From Thermotogaceae bacterium (GTDB lineage: Bacteria > Thermotogota > Thermotogae > Thermotogales > Thermotogaceae): a DNA stretch of 64,000 nucleotides. Both the position numbers and the translations under genes were made by a program. This document shows, one piece after another, positions 19,214 through 27,680 of this stretch. Each line of letters opens with the position of its first letter. The stretch's first letter is position 1. The notes under the pieces were generated by a model that saw only the letters and a program-made list of their open reading frames with translations, was not told the DNA's origin and made no database searches. The stretch lies in contig WGAO01000120.1 of assembly GCA_015489065.1 (NCBI GenBank), positions 24,936 to 88,935 of the forward strand, in the 5' to 3' direction.

Positions 19214-19898
19214 GGAAACATTCAGATATTTCGAATCTCCCGCTTCTATGGTTTCATACTTTTTCGTGGATAGAATAGCGGCGCCTCTGGTATGGATGAA
19301 TGTGAACTTTTTAAAAATTCATCCAAATGTCCTATCGATGTTATCGGGGTTTTTCGCCATTCTAACGGTCTTAGAGTTTTTCAAAGGAAATTTCATAACC
19401 GGAGCTTTCCTTTACTTTCTATCGTTTTTGCTTGACTCCGCAGATGGACCATCTGCAAGAGCTATGAACAAAAAGACCCGTCTTGGAGTAGCCCTTGAAG
19501 TGTGGTTCGATTCGGCAAGACTTATTGGGTCTTCGTTCTCCATGGCTTGGAAACTGTACGAGGGTACGGAGAATTTTCTTTGGATGATACTCTTTCTTCT
19601 CTGGGGTGTATCATTCGGAGCAGGGATCTGGATTTATCAAAAAGCAAAAGAATCTTTTAAAGAAAACATATTCGAAAAACCAAAAAAGGAGTATTCATTC
19701 GCACCGCTCATAACTTGGATGGATCTTGAAATGCTTGAATTTTTCTTCGCTCCCATCTTTGGATTTGTGAAAATCGGCTATATAGTTCTGTCAATAGGCT
19801 ATCTCATTACAACTGCTGGTATGACTGTATATACAGTGTTCGAAGATGAAATAAACAACTTTTTTGGCAAAACGAGAAAGGAGAAAAACAAATCGTGA
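19203..19898 (+). CDS. CDP-alcohol phosphatidyltransferase family membrane protein
   Basis: The motif DSADGPSARAMNKKTRLGVALEVWFD corresponds to D-x2-D-G-x2-A-R-x8-G-x3-(D->E)-x3-D. The protein is polytopic. It overlaps the upstream gene by 11 nt. Confidence 0.8.
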   Translation: MKFKETFRYFESPASMVSYFFVDRIAAPLVWMNVNFLKIHPNVLSMLSGFFAILTVLEFFKGNFITGAFLYFLSFLLDSADGPSARAMNKKTRLGVALEVWFDSARLIGSSFSMAWKLYEGTENFLWMILFLLWGVSFGAGIWIYQKAKESFKENIFEKPKKEYSFAPLITWMDLEMLEFFFAPIFGFVKIGYIVLSIGYLITTAGMTVYTVFEDEINNFFGKTRKEKNKS

Positions 19899-20863
19899 AA
19901 AAGTTCGTAGTAAGCGCAATAATAGCCGTTTCAATAAGCCTTGGTACCATGGCTCTCATAGGATTCTTCAACGGTGGATTCGATACTCTGGAAAATGTTC
20001 CGTTGAGGATACATCTTCTCACTCTTTTTGGATTTATATTCCTGTACATATTCGGGGGACTCAGTACAAAACTCTTCATGTGGTTTCTTGGATATAAAAT
20101 CAGCTTTCTCAACTCTCTGGAGAATTTCTTCTTTGGAAACTTTTTTTCGTACATAACTCCAATGTATATAGGAGGACAGCCATTCCAAATCCATCATTTA
20201 TCAAAGATTGGCGTTAAAAACGGAGATGCAACGAATTTTGTCATGACAAGACTTTTTGAATCCTTTATAACAACGCTCATTTTGGATCTTTCTATATACA
20301 GGTATGCTATGACAAAGCTGAACTTTGGTAAAGTAGGTGAAACACTCATAAAACTCGGATTCTCGCTTCAATTTCTTTGGACGGTCTTGATACTTCTTTT
20401 CTTGTTCTTTCCAAGAATTTTTAACTTTCTCATGAGACCGGTTTTCAAGATCATGAAGAGAAAGAGCGATGACCTGGAAACTTGGCTTTTGAGTTTGAAA
20501 AACAGTGTAAGAACTGTGTGGAGAAAAAAACCCCTCGCACTAGTACTTGATATGATCTGGTGGTTTGTCAACATAAGTATACATGCACTTCCGTTTTACA
20601 TGATCTTTGAGTACTTTAATCCTCAGTTTAAAATGGGATTTTTTCATCTTTTAGCCGTTTTGTCGCTCGTCAACACTGTTGCTTACTACACACCAACCCC
20701 TGGAGCCACCGGGGGAGTTGAAGGAATATACCACTTAACCTTATCTGGAATGGTGAGCTACGAATCAATTACAGTGGCACTGCTTATATGGCGCGTTTAC
20801 AGTTACTACATACCAATTCTGGTAGGTCTTATAATGATATGGCGTGTGAGGAAATTGATATAG
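19895..20863 (+). CDS. UPF0104 / lysyl-PG-synthase-TM-region (flippase-like) membrane protein, copy 1
   Basis: 322 aa polytopic protein with GGQPFQIHHLSKIGV and TPTPGATGGVEG motifs. It overlaps the upstream gene by 4 nt. Confidence 0.7.
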   Translation: MKKFVVSAIIAVSISLGTMALIGFFNGGFDTLENVPLRIHLLTLFGFIFLYIFGGLSTKLFMWFLGYKISFLNSLENFFFGNFFSYITPMYIGGQPFQIHHLSKIGVKNGDATNFVMTRLFESFITTLILDLSIYRYAMTKLNFGKVGETLIKLGFSLQFLWTVLILLFLFFPRIFNFLMRPVFKIMKRKSDDLETWLLSLKNSVRTVWRKKPLALVLDMIWWFVNISIHALPFYMIFEYFNPQFKMGFFHLLAVLSLVNTVAYYTPTPGATGGVEGIYHLTLSGMVSYESITVALLIWRVYSYYIPILVGLIMIWRVRKLI

Positions 20864-20875
20864 TAGGTGATTTGA

Positions 20876-22036
20876 ATGAAAGGTTCTTTATTTCTATATT
20901 TTTTCACAGGTTTTACTTTAGGATCTCTCATAATACTGCTTTTTGGGCTGAATTTTATAAGCGTGATATTCGCCGCGCTTTTGGGAATTATATTTGAAAT
21001 ATTCCTGTACATAAGGGGAATACCTCCAAAAAGAAAAAAAGATGTGGAAGATCTGGTGTGCATAATAATTCCTGCTTACAATGAAGAAAACTCTTTGAGA
21101 AAATCCGTAGAATCTGCAATAAAGCAAAGTTACAAAAACAGATTAATAGTCCTTATGAACGATAATTCAACCGACAATACAGGAATACTAATGGAAAGAT
21201 ACGCAAAAGAATATGAAAATGTGATCTACCTGAGAAATTATGAAAATCTCGGAAAATTTAGTTCTATAATGAGGGTTTTCAAAGAAGTAAATGCAGACAT
21301 ATATGTCATAGTGGATGCAGACAACGAATTTCCAGAAAACTATATCGAATACTATGTGAAGAGAATGGAAAATATAGACGCTCTTGAAACTCCACTATCT
21401 TCATACAATGCTTGCAAGAATTTCACATCTTTAATTCATACACTTGAAATATCTTTGATGAGCTCTATAAGGTTTATGAATCTATTCCCAAACTTCACGG
21501 GAAGAGGAATGTTTATAAGAAAAAAAGTACTGGAGTTTCTCCACGAAAAAAACATAAAAGGCAAAGACGATGGCGCTATGATGAATGTCGCTATGAAGCA
21601 TGGAAATTTCAAATACAGATACTTCACAGGACCCGCTCTCAAAGAGTATGCCACAGAAAAATTCAGGGATTTTGTAAACCAACGAGATAGGTGGTACACA
21701 CTTGGTATGGTAGAAACTCTTAAAAAAGGAGCTCGGACACTCTCTACGGTATTCGGATTGTATTCCAGCTTGGTTTTCTCAACGATATTTCTGGGTGTAA
21801 CTATGCCATTACTTGGCTTTAGATGGTACTCGGTTTTAATGATAGAATTGCTCACTGGTGTATTCTTCCATTCAATTATCTACTCAGTGAAATTTGAGAT
21901 AAACTGCAACAGGTTTATAAATGGAATATTCGGAATAGTGATGTTGTTGATAAACACCTCCCTAATATTCAGATCATTCTGCAGAGTAATATTTGGAAGG
22001 ATCCCAAAAACCTGGTACAAAGTTCCAAAATCCTGA
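20876..22036 (+). CDS. Membrane-embedded family-2 glycosyltransferase (IcaA/PgaC/NodC-like architecture), copy 1
   Basis: N-terminal TMs, then IIIPAYNEE, NDNSTDNT, VDADNE (DxD) and QRDRW (QxxRW), then C-terminal TMs. Confidence 0.8.
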   Translation: MKGSLFLYFFTGFTLGSLIILLFGLNFISVIFAALLGIIFEIFLYIRGIPPKRKKDVEDLVCIIIPAYNEENSLRKSVESAIKQSYKNRLIVLMNDNSTDNTGILMERYAKEYENVIYLRNYENLGKFSSIMRVFKEVNADIYVIVDADNEFPENYIEYYVKRMENIDALETPLSSYNACKNFTSLIHTLEISLMSSIRFMNLFPNFTGRGMFIRKKVLEFLHEKNIKGKDDGAMMNVAMKHGNFKYRYFTGPALKEYATEKFRDFVNQRDRWYTLGMVETLKKGARTLSTVFGLYSSLVFSTIFLGVTMPLLGFRWYSVLMIELLTGVFFHSIIYSVKFEINCNRFINGIFGIVMLLINTSLIFRSFCRVIFGRIPKTWYKVPKS

Positions 22037-22066
22037 TGTTCTCCAATCTGGTATAATGACGCTGTC

Positions 22067-23062
22067 ATGAGAATGAAAAAAATCCTACTATCACTTTTTA
22101 TAGCGTTCGTATCGAGTTTCACAGTTGTAATATTCTTAAACTTCTTTCATAGGGGCAGAGCGGGATTTCTTGATCTTTTGAGCACTTTGCCTATTCATAT
22201 TTATTTTATGGCTTTTCTAATATTTACGAGTTCTTATTTCCTAGAAGCTCTTAGAATAGTCTATCTCGTAAGACATAGAGGATACAAAATTGGCTTTTTC
22301 AGTGCCATTTACAACACAGTCATAGGATATTTGTTCTCTTTCCTGACTCCATTTGCCATGGGAGGGCAGCCGTTTCAGGTGTTCCACCTGTCGAAGCTCG
22401 GTGTGGATTCAAGCTATGCCACTGGTATAATGGGAGCAAGAATGCTAGAAAACTCTCTTGGTGGAGCAGTTATAGCCTTAATAATGCTCAACACCAGCCT
22501 TGGATGGATTCTAAAAAATGGTCACCTGGTAATTGGAGGAGTAATCATAAGCTTGTCTGTATCTATAGCTATAGTAATATCGATGTTCAAGCCCAAGATC
22601 TTGATGCCACTTGTTAAAATTGCTTCAAGAATTTTCAAAAAAGATCTCGTAGAATCTTTCAATACATGGAGAGAAAATTTCGAGCTTAGTATCAATTATA
22701 TGTGGAAAGAAAATTTCTATCTCGTCATACTTGATGTTTTGGAATGGTTCGCAACTCTGGTGATACAAATTTACTCTCTATTTTACATTCTAAATTTTCT
22801 TTCAAATGTCAAACTGAATTTCTGGCTAGTTTTCGGATCAATAAATGCCGTTAACGCTTTAGCATACTTCATCCCAACACCTGGGGCATCTGGAGGAATA
22901 GAGTTTACATATCAATATGTATTGTCGGGAATAACAATGAACAGTGGAATAGCTCTTAAAGCTGTTACCTCTTGGAGAGTGGTGTCTTATTACCTGCAAA
23001 TCCTTCTTGGAATAATATTTCTGGGAGCGTTTGGAAAGATCGGTCTGGAGGGAAATAAATGA
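22067..23062 (+). CDS. UPF0104 / flippase-like membrane protein, copy 2
   Basis: 331 aa with GGQPFQVFHLSKLGV and IPTPGASGGIEF, the same motifs as 19895..20863. Confidence 0.7.
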   Translation: MRMKKILLSLFIAFVSSFTVVIFLNFFHRGRAGFLDLLSTLPIHIYFMAFLIFTSSYFLEALRIVYLVRHRGYKIGFFSAIYNTVIGYLFSFLTPFAMGGQPFQVFHLSKLGVDSSYATGIMGARMLENSLGGAVIALIMLNTSLGWILKNGHLVIGGVIISLSVSIAIVISMFKPKILMPLVKIASRIFKKDLVESFNTWRENFELSINYMWKENFYLVILDVLEWFATLVIQIYSLFYILNFLSNVKLNFWLVFGSINAVNALAYFIPTPGASGGIEFTYQYVLSGITMNSGIALKAVTSWRVVSYYLQILLGIIFLGAFGKIGLEGNK

Positions 23063-24264
23063 GCTTGGTTTGGGTTTTCTTTTCACTATCAATTTCGGCG
23101 GGAATATTTACAATTCTGATAGGTAAATACATAAACTATATGAGAACAACAAGACTCCATGTCAGCAAGAAAAGGGATTTCAAACCATTTGTTTCCGTGA
23201 TCATACCAACCTGGAACGAAGCAGATGTTATAGAAAATACCATCAGAAATGTAGAAGAGAGTTTTTACGAGAAATTCGAAATAATAGTCGTGGATGATAG
23301 ATCCACAGACGGAACTTATGAAATACTCAAAGATCTAGAAAAAGAATACTCGAACTTAATAGTTCTCAAAAAGAAAGGAAGGAAAGGAAAGCCTCAATCT
23401 ATAAACGAAGCCATGGAAGTGGCTCGTGGAGACATCATACTGTTTTTGGATGCGGATTCAAGAATATCTCCCGAATATATTTCAACTCATGTTGCATGTT
23501 TCTCACACCCAAATGCAAATATGATATTCACAGATTTCGAACCTTACAACTACAAACCGAAAAATCTTTCCCACAAAATTCAAGAACTCTTCTTTTCTTT
23601 TGCAAAAGATGTCATATATTCAAACATATTTGTGAAGATGATATTCATGGGTAACGGGGTTTTCTTCAAGAGAGAGATACTCGACAAAGTTGTTCCAATA
23701 GATCCAACCACCTTAGTAGATGATTTTACGATAGCTTCAAAGCTATCAGAAATAGGTGTGAGAGAGGTCTTTTCAATCTACCCCTGGGTAAACATACAGT
23801 ACGCAAACTCCCTAAAGGATCTTTGGAAGCAACATATGAGATGGTATTACGGAGGATTCAGAGAAATAGTCAAGTTTATGAAAGCTGGAAATCTCAAATA
23901 CTTGCTTTTTTACATACTCTCAATCGCATTTTTTACAAGTCCCATATGGTTTACAATCCTCTGGATATTTTTCGGCAATTTCTGGCTATTTTTGGGGCTT
24001 TACCTTATAGTCTATGCTTACTCACTCTTTACTTTCTCACAACTCTTGGATGTCAATAGAAGATTAAGTGTCCTGTCAACTTTCATTCTACCAGCACTTG
24101 TCATGGTCTTCGAACTCTCCGTACTGATCCCCGCCATGCTAAAATCTCTTTTTGTGGAAAGATACTACGAGGTAATGGATAGGATAGGAAAAAGGATAAA
24201 CAAGAACTTGAGCAAAAAGGATAAAGAGGAGGATTGGTACAAAGTAAAAAGAGATAGATACTAA
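23059..24264 (+). CDS. Membrane-embedded family-2 glycosyltransferase, copy 2
   Basis: VIIPTWNEA, VDDRSTDGT, LDADS (DxD) and QHMRWYYG (QxxRW), with flanking TM helices. It overlaps the upstream gene by 4 nt. Confidence 0.8.
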   Translation: MSLVWVFFSLSISAGIFTILIGKYINYMRTTRLHVSKKRDFKPFVSVIIPTWNEADVIENTIRNVEESFYEKFEIIVVDDRSTDGTYEILKDLEKEYSNLIVLKKKGRKGKPQSINEAMEVARGDIILFLDADSRISPEYISTHVACFSHPNANMIFTDFEPYNYKPKNLSHKIQELFFSFAKDVIYSNIFVKMIFMGNGVFFKREILDKVVPIDPTTLVDDFTIASKLSEIGVREVFSIYPWVNIQYANSLKDLWKQHMRWYYGGFREIVKFMKAGNLKYLLFYILSIAFFTSPIWFTILWIFFGNFWLFLGLYLIVYAYSLFTFSQLLDVNRRLSVLSTFILPALVMVFELSVLIPAMLKSLFVERYYEVMDRIGKRINKNLSKKDKEEDWYKVKRDRY

Positions 24265-24278
24265 AGGAGGTGCTCCCG

Positions 24279-24617
24279 ATGGATTGTGTCTTCTGCAAAA
24301 TAATAGAGGGTGAGATACCATCGGAGAAAGTCTACGAAGATGAAGACTTTTTAGTGATAAAAGACATACGCCCTGTGGCGCCAGTTCATTTGCTCGTCCT
24401 TTACAAAAAGCATGTCGGAAAGATTCATCAGCTCTCAGAAGAGGACAGAAAGAAGCTCTCTAAGGTCTTTGAGTTAATAGCCAAAGTCGCAGAAAAGAGC
24501 GGAATTCTGGAGAGTGGATACAGGGTAGTTGTAAACAACGGTCCTGATGCAGGACAAGAAGTAGATCACATACACTTTCATGTGATAGGCGGAAAGAAGC
24601 TGGGGAAGATAGCGTGA
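24279..24617 (+). CDS. HIT-family nucleotide hydrolase/transferase
   Basis: The histidine triad HIHFHVIGG is present. The probable ATG at 24279 (MDCVFCKI...) lies 8 nt after AAGGAGG; the track ORF begins at GTG 24270. Confidence 0.9.
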   Translation: MDCVFCKIIEGEIPSEKVYEDEDFLVIKDIRPVAPVHLLVLYKKHVGKIHQLSEEDRKKLSKVFELIAKVAEKSGILESGYRVVVNNGPDAGQEVDHIHFHVIGGKKLGKIA

Positions 24618-25606
24618 AGAGAGTGGTGATAATCACCACAGGCGGAACTATAGCCATGACAAAAACTCATAACGGCGTTGTTCCTTTCTCAGGGGGAAAC
24701 TCTTTGATCACACAGATCCCAGGACTGGAAAATGTGGCAGAAATAGATCATGTCGAATTTTCAAATGTTCCAAGCCCCTATATGACGCCTGATATGATGT
24801 GGAAACTATCCAGAATGGTTCAGGATATCGTAAACGATAAGGAAGTTGATGGAGTTGTGATAACACACGGCACGGACACACTCGAAGAGACCTCATATTT
24901 TCTTGATCTGACCGTAAATACTGAAAAACCCATAGTGCTCACGGCAGCTATGAGAAACATAAACGAACTCGGAACCGATGGGCCTAGGAATGTTCTTTCA
25001 TCTCTGAGAGTTGCTGTTTCTGACAGCGCCTTTGGCATGGGCGTTATGGTGTGCTTGAACGATGAAATACATGCAGCAAGAGAAGTGACCAAAACTTACA
25101 CAAGCAATGTTGCAACCTTTGAATCACCTGGATATGGTCCACTTGGAATAGTTGATGAAGATGCAGTGGTCTTCTTCAGGAAGCCTCTTCTCAGAATGAA
25201 TATAGATACCGACAGGATAGAGAGCAGGGTAGCTCTTGTAAAAACCTTTACAGGAGATAACGGAGATATTCTTAGAAAAGTTGTTGATATGGGGTACAAG
25301 GGAATAGTGCTGGAAGGATTTGGAAGGGGAAATGTGCCACCGAAAGTTGCAGATGCTGTGTCAGATGTCATAGACAAAGTTGTGGTAGTTCTAACATCGA
25401 GATGCTTTAAGGGAAGAGTTCTGGATGTTTATGGATACAAAGGGGGAGGAGCTGATCTAGTAAAAAGAGGGGTTATACTTGGACAGGAAGTTTCATCTCA
25501 GAAAGCCAGGATAAAGTTAATGGTGGTTTTGGGAAAGACAGAAGATAGGGATAAGATAAGGAAGTATTTTGAGACCTCAAGGGCAGGTGGGGAAATATCG
25601 ATCTAA
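24614..25606 (+). CDS. ansA: L-asparaginase, type I
   Basis: TTGGTIAM and HGTDTLEETSYFL catalytic motifs; 330 aa. Confidence 0.9.
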   Translation: MKRVVIITTGGTIAMTKTHNGVVPFSGGNSLITQIPGLENVAEIDHVEFSNVPSPYMTPDMMWKLSRMVQDIVNDKEVDGVVITHGTDTLEETSYFLDLTVNTEKPIVLTAAMRNINELGTDGPRNVLSSLRVAVSDSAFGMGVMVCLNDEIHAAREVTKTYTSNVATFESPGYGPLGIVDEDAVVFFRKPLLRMNIDTDRIESRVALVKTFTGDNGDILRKVVDMGYKGIVLEGFGRGNVPPKVADAVSDVIDKVVVVLTSRCFKGRVLDVYGYKGGGADLVKRGVILGQEVSSQKARIKLMVVLGKTEDRDKIRKYFETSRAGGEISI

Positions 25607-25611
25607 AAAAA

Positions 25612-26610
25612 TTGAATCTTGCTACTCTAATTACCTTACTCTTCTTTCTATTTATAGTATTCGTTTTCATGATAAAGGATGTAGCAGTTGTTCTTGTACT
25701 CATCTTCATATCGGTTTCCGTGTTGAAAGCGTTGAATGACGCTCTAGAGAGGATTTTAAGGAGTAACTCCCTTAGGGTGTTAATATCGATCTCGATCTAT
25801 TTCTTATTTCTAGCTTTCACCATTTGGTTAATAGTCCCGGCTGTTGTTAAAGAATTCGGAAGTTTTTACAAGCTAATGATGGGAGATGTCAACCTAAAGA
25901 GCTGGAAGAAATTCTTTGAAAACGATAGGATTTTAGACCTTTTCCAAAAGATTATAGACTACATGAAACCCCGGATAAATGATTATGTCAATACAGCGCT
26001 CACAACATTAGCAACATCTACTCCTAAATTTGGTATGCAGATATTCTTCGTAATCCTCGGTACGATATACTCACTCATCTATTTCGATCATCTGAGAAAT
26101 CTTCCAAAGGTTCTCTATCCAAGAAAACTTCATTCTATTGTCTTGCCATTCTCCAACGAACTATTCGCAAATCTCATGAGATTCGTACAGGCCGTTTTTG
26201 TCACGGCGATGCTCACCGGAATTCTTTTCTTCCTATCCTTTGAGATAATGGGCCTAAAATACAGTATAACCATAGGCGTTTGGGCATTCGTGACAAATTT
26301 CATGCCGATAGTTGGTGTGCTCTTTGAATACATACCGGTTTTATTATTTTCGCTTTCGCTCGGTTTCAAAGGGGTTATAATCATGACACTGATAACTCTG
26401 GCGATACACACAGTATCTTTCGTAACATTCATACACATGATGAAGGGATACTCAAACATCAGCCCGGTGGAGATGCTGTTCTTTATTCTCCTTCTTTGGA
26501 AACTATATGGACTGATGGGAATATTCATAGCAGTACCGCTGACAATATTCATAAACACATTCTGGAAGTATTTCATAAGACCTCGTTATGAGGGGGAGGA
26601 AATGATTTGA
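25612..26610 (+). CDS. AI-2E family transporter (PerM/UPF0118)
   Basis: 332 aa polytopic protein with the typical AI-2E topology and the C-terminal pattern ...FIAVPL.... Confidence 0.7.
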   Translation: MNLATLITLLFFLFIVFVFMIKDVAVVLVLIFISVSVLKALNDALERILRSNSLRVLISISIYFLFLAFTIWLIVPAVVKEFGSFYKLMMGDVNLKSWKKFFENDRILDLFQKIIDYMKPRINDYVNTALTTLATSTPKFGMQIFFVILGTIYSLIYFDHLRNLPKVLYPRKLHSIVLPFSNELFANLMRFVQAVFVTAMLTGILFFLSFEIMGLKYSITIGVWAFVTNFMPIVGVLFEYIPVLLFSLSLGFKGVIIMTLITLAIHTVSFVTFIHMMKGYSNISPVEMLFFILLLWKLYGLMGIFIAVPLTIFINTFWKYFIRPRYEGEEMI

Positions 26611-27680
26611 AAAAGCTCTTAATAGCTCTTATTGTGATATCAGTTTTATCCTTTTCTATAACAAAAGAAGATATACTGAAAACTTCAAGAGAAGATATTG
26701 AAAGGGCTGTGAAGCTCCTCAAGATTTATATCGCCCAGCACCCCGATGAAAATGTGGAGGATATAGGAAAAATAGTCTTCGTCAAAAAGAAACTCTCTTC
26801 AGATCCTTTTATAGGCGAGGCGGTCGTTAAAGAAAATTTTGATGCTCTTCTCAAAGGCCTCGTCGAAAAGGGAAGTATTAGCAAAGAACTATTTGACGAT
26901 CTTAAAGTGATTTTCAATTTCAAAGATGAACTTGAAAAGAGATTGAGCAACCTAGATGAAAACGCGCTCAAGGTGTGCAACATGGTTGGAAGATATATCA
27001 AAGTGAGCTGCAGCGGAGTAGCTAAAAAAATCGTGGAAGAATATGTAAAGAACCCGCTAAAATTCGATCCAAAGCCCTATCTTAACCTAGCATGCATTGA
27101 TAAAAATGAAATGAAAAAAGCGTTATCAACAGCGCTTGAGGAAAAATTCAAAGAAGGAGAAAAATATTACCTGAAAATCTGGACACTCGCTGAGATTCTG
27201 AATGTTGATTTCCCCCACCTGAAAGATCTGAAAGAGTACTCCAATCTATCTATGGACATAGATGAAGCTTTGAGAAGTGGTGTCTCAACAGAAGAATATG
27301 ACAAGCTGATGAACCGCCTTAACAATTTAAAAGTGGAGAAAAGCTATCTTGAGAAAAAGATGGAGAATCTGAAGAAAATGATATATTCTCCTGAGAAACC
27401 ACAGAGAACAAATCCTCCTACTGGAAAGCCTATAATCACATACATAGCTGTGACGGTTGTCTCAGCTGCGGCGTTCTTCATTATTCTATTGCTTTTAGAT
27501 TCAAGACACAATGTTAAAAGGATAAAGCGAAAAATAGAGAAAGATCCGCTCAACCCAGATCTCCATATAAGACTGGCAGAACTCTATGAGAGAATTGGAA
27601 GATTGGAAGACGCTATGGAAGAGTACAAGATCGCCTCCAAACTCTCAAATAGTAAAGAAAAAAATAAGGAAGATGATTAG
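26607..27680 (+). CDS. Hypothetical bitopic membrane protein with a short C-terminal TPR-like repeat
   Basis: Signal peptide (MKKLLIALIVISVLSFS), about 270 aa of Lys/Glu-rich ectodomain, one TM (ITYIAVTVVSAAAFFIILLLL), and a cytoplasmic LHIRLAELYERIGRLEDAMEEYKIASKL segment. Confidence 0.5.
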   Translation: MKKLLIALIVISVLSFSITKEDILKTSREDIERAVKLLKIYIAQHPDENVEDIGKIVFVKKKLSSDPFIGEAVVKENFDALLKGLVEKGSISKELFDDLKVIFNFKDELEKRLSNLDENALKVCNMVGRYIKVSCSGVAKKIVEEYVKNPLKFDPKPYLNLACIDKNEMKKALSTALEEKFKEGEKYYLKIWTLAEILNVDFPHLKDLKEYSNLSMDIDEALRSGVSTEEYDKLMNRLNNLKVEKSYLEKKMENLKKMIYSPEKPQRTNPPTGKPIITYIAVTVVSAAAFFIILLLLDSRHNVKRIKRKIEKDPLNPDLHIRLAELYERIGRLEDAMEEYKIASKLSNSKEKNKEDD

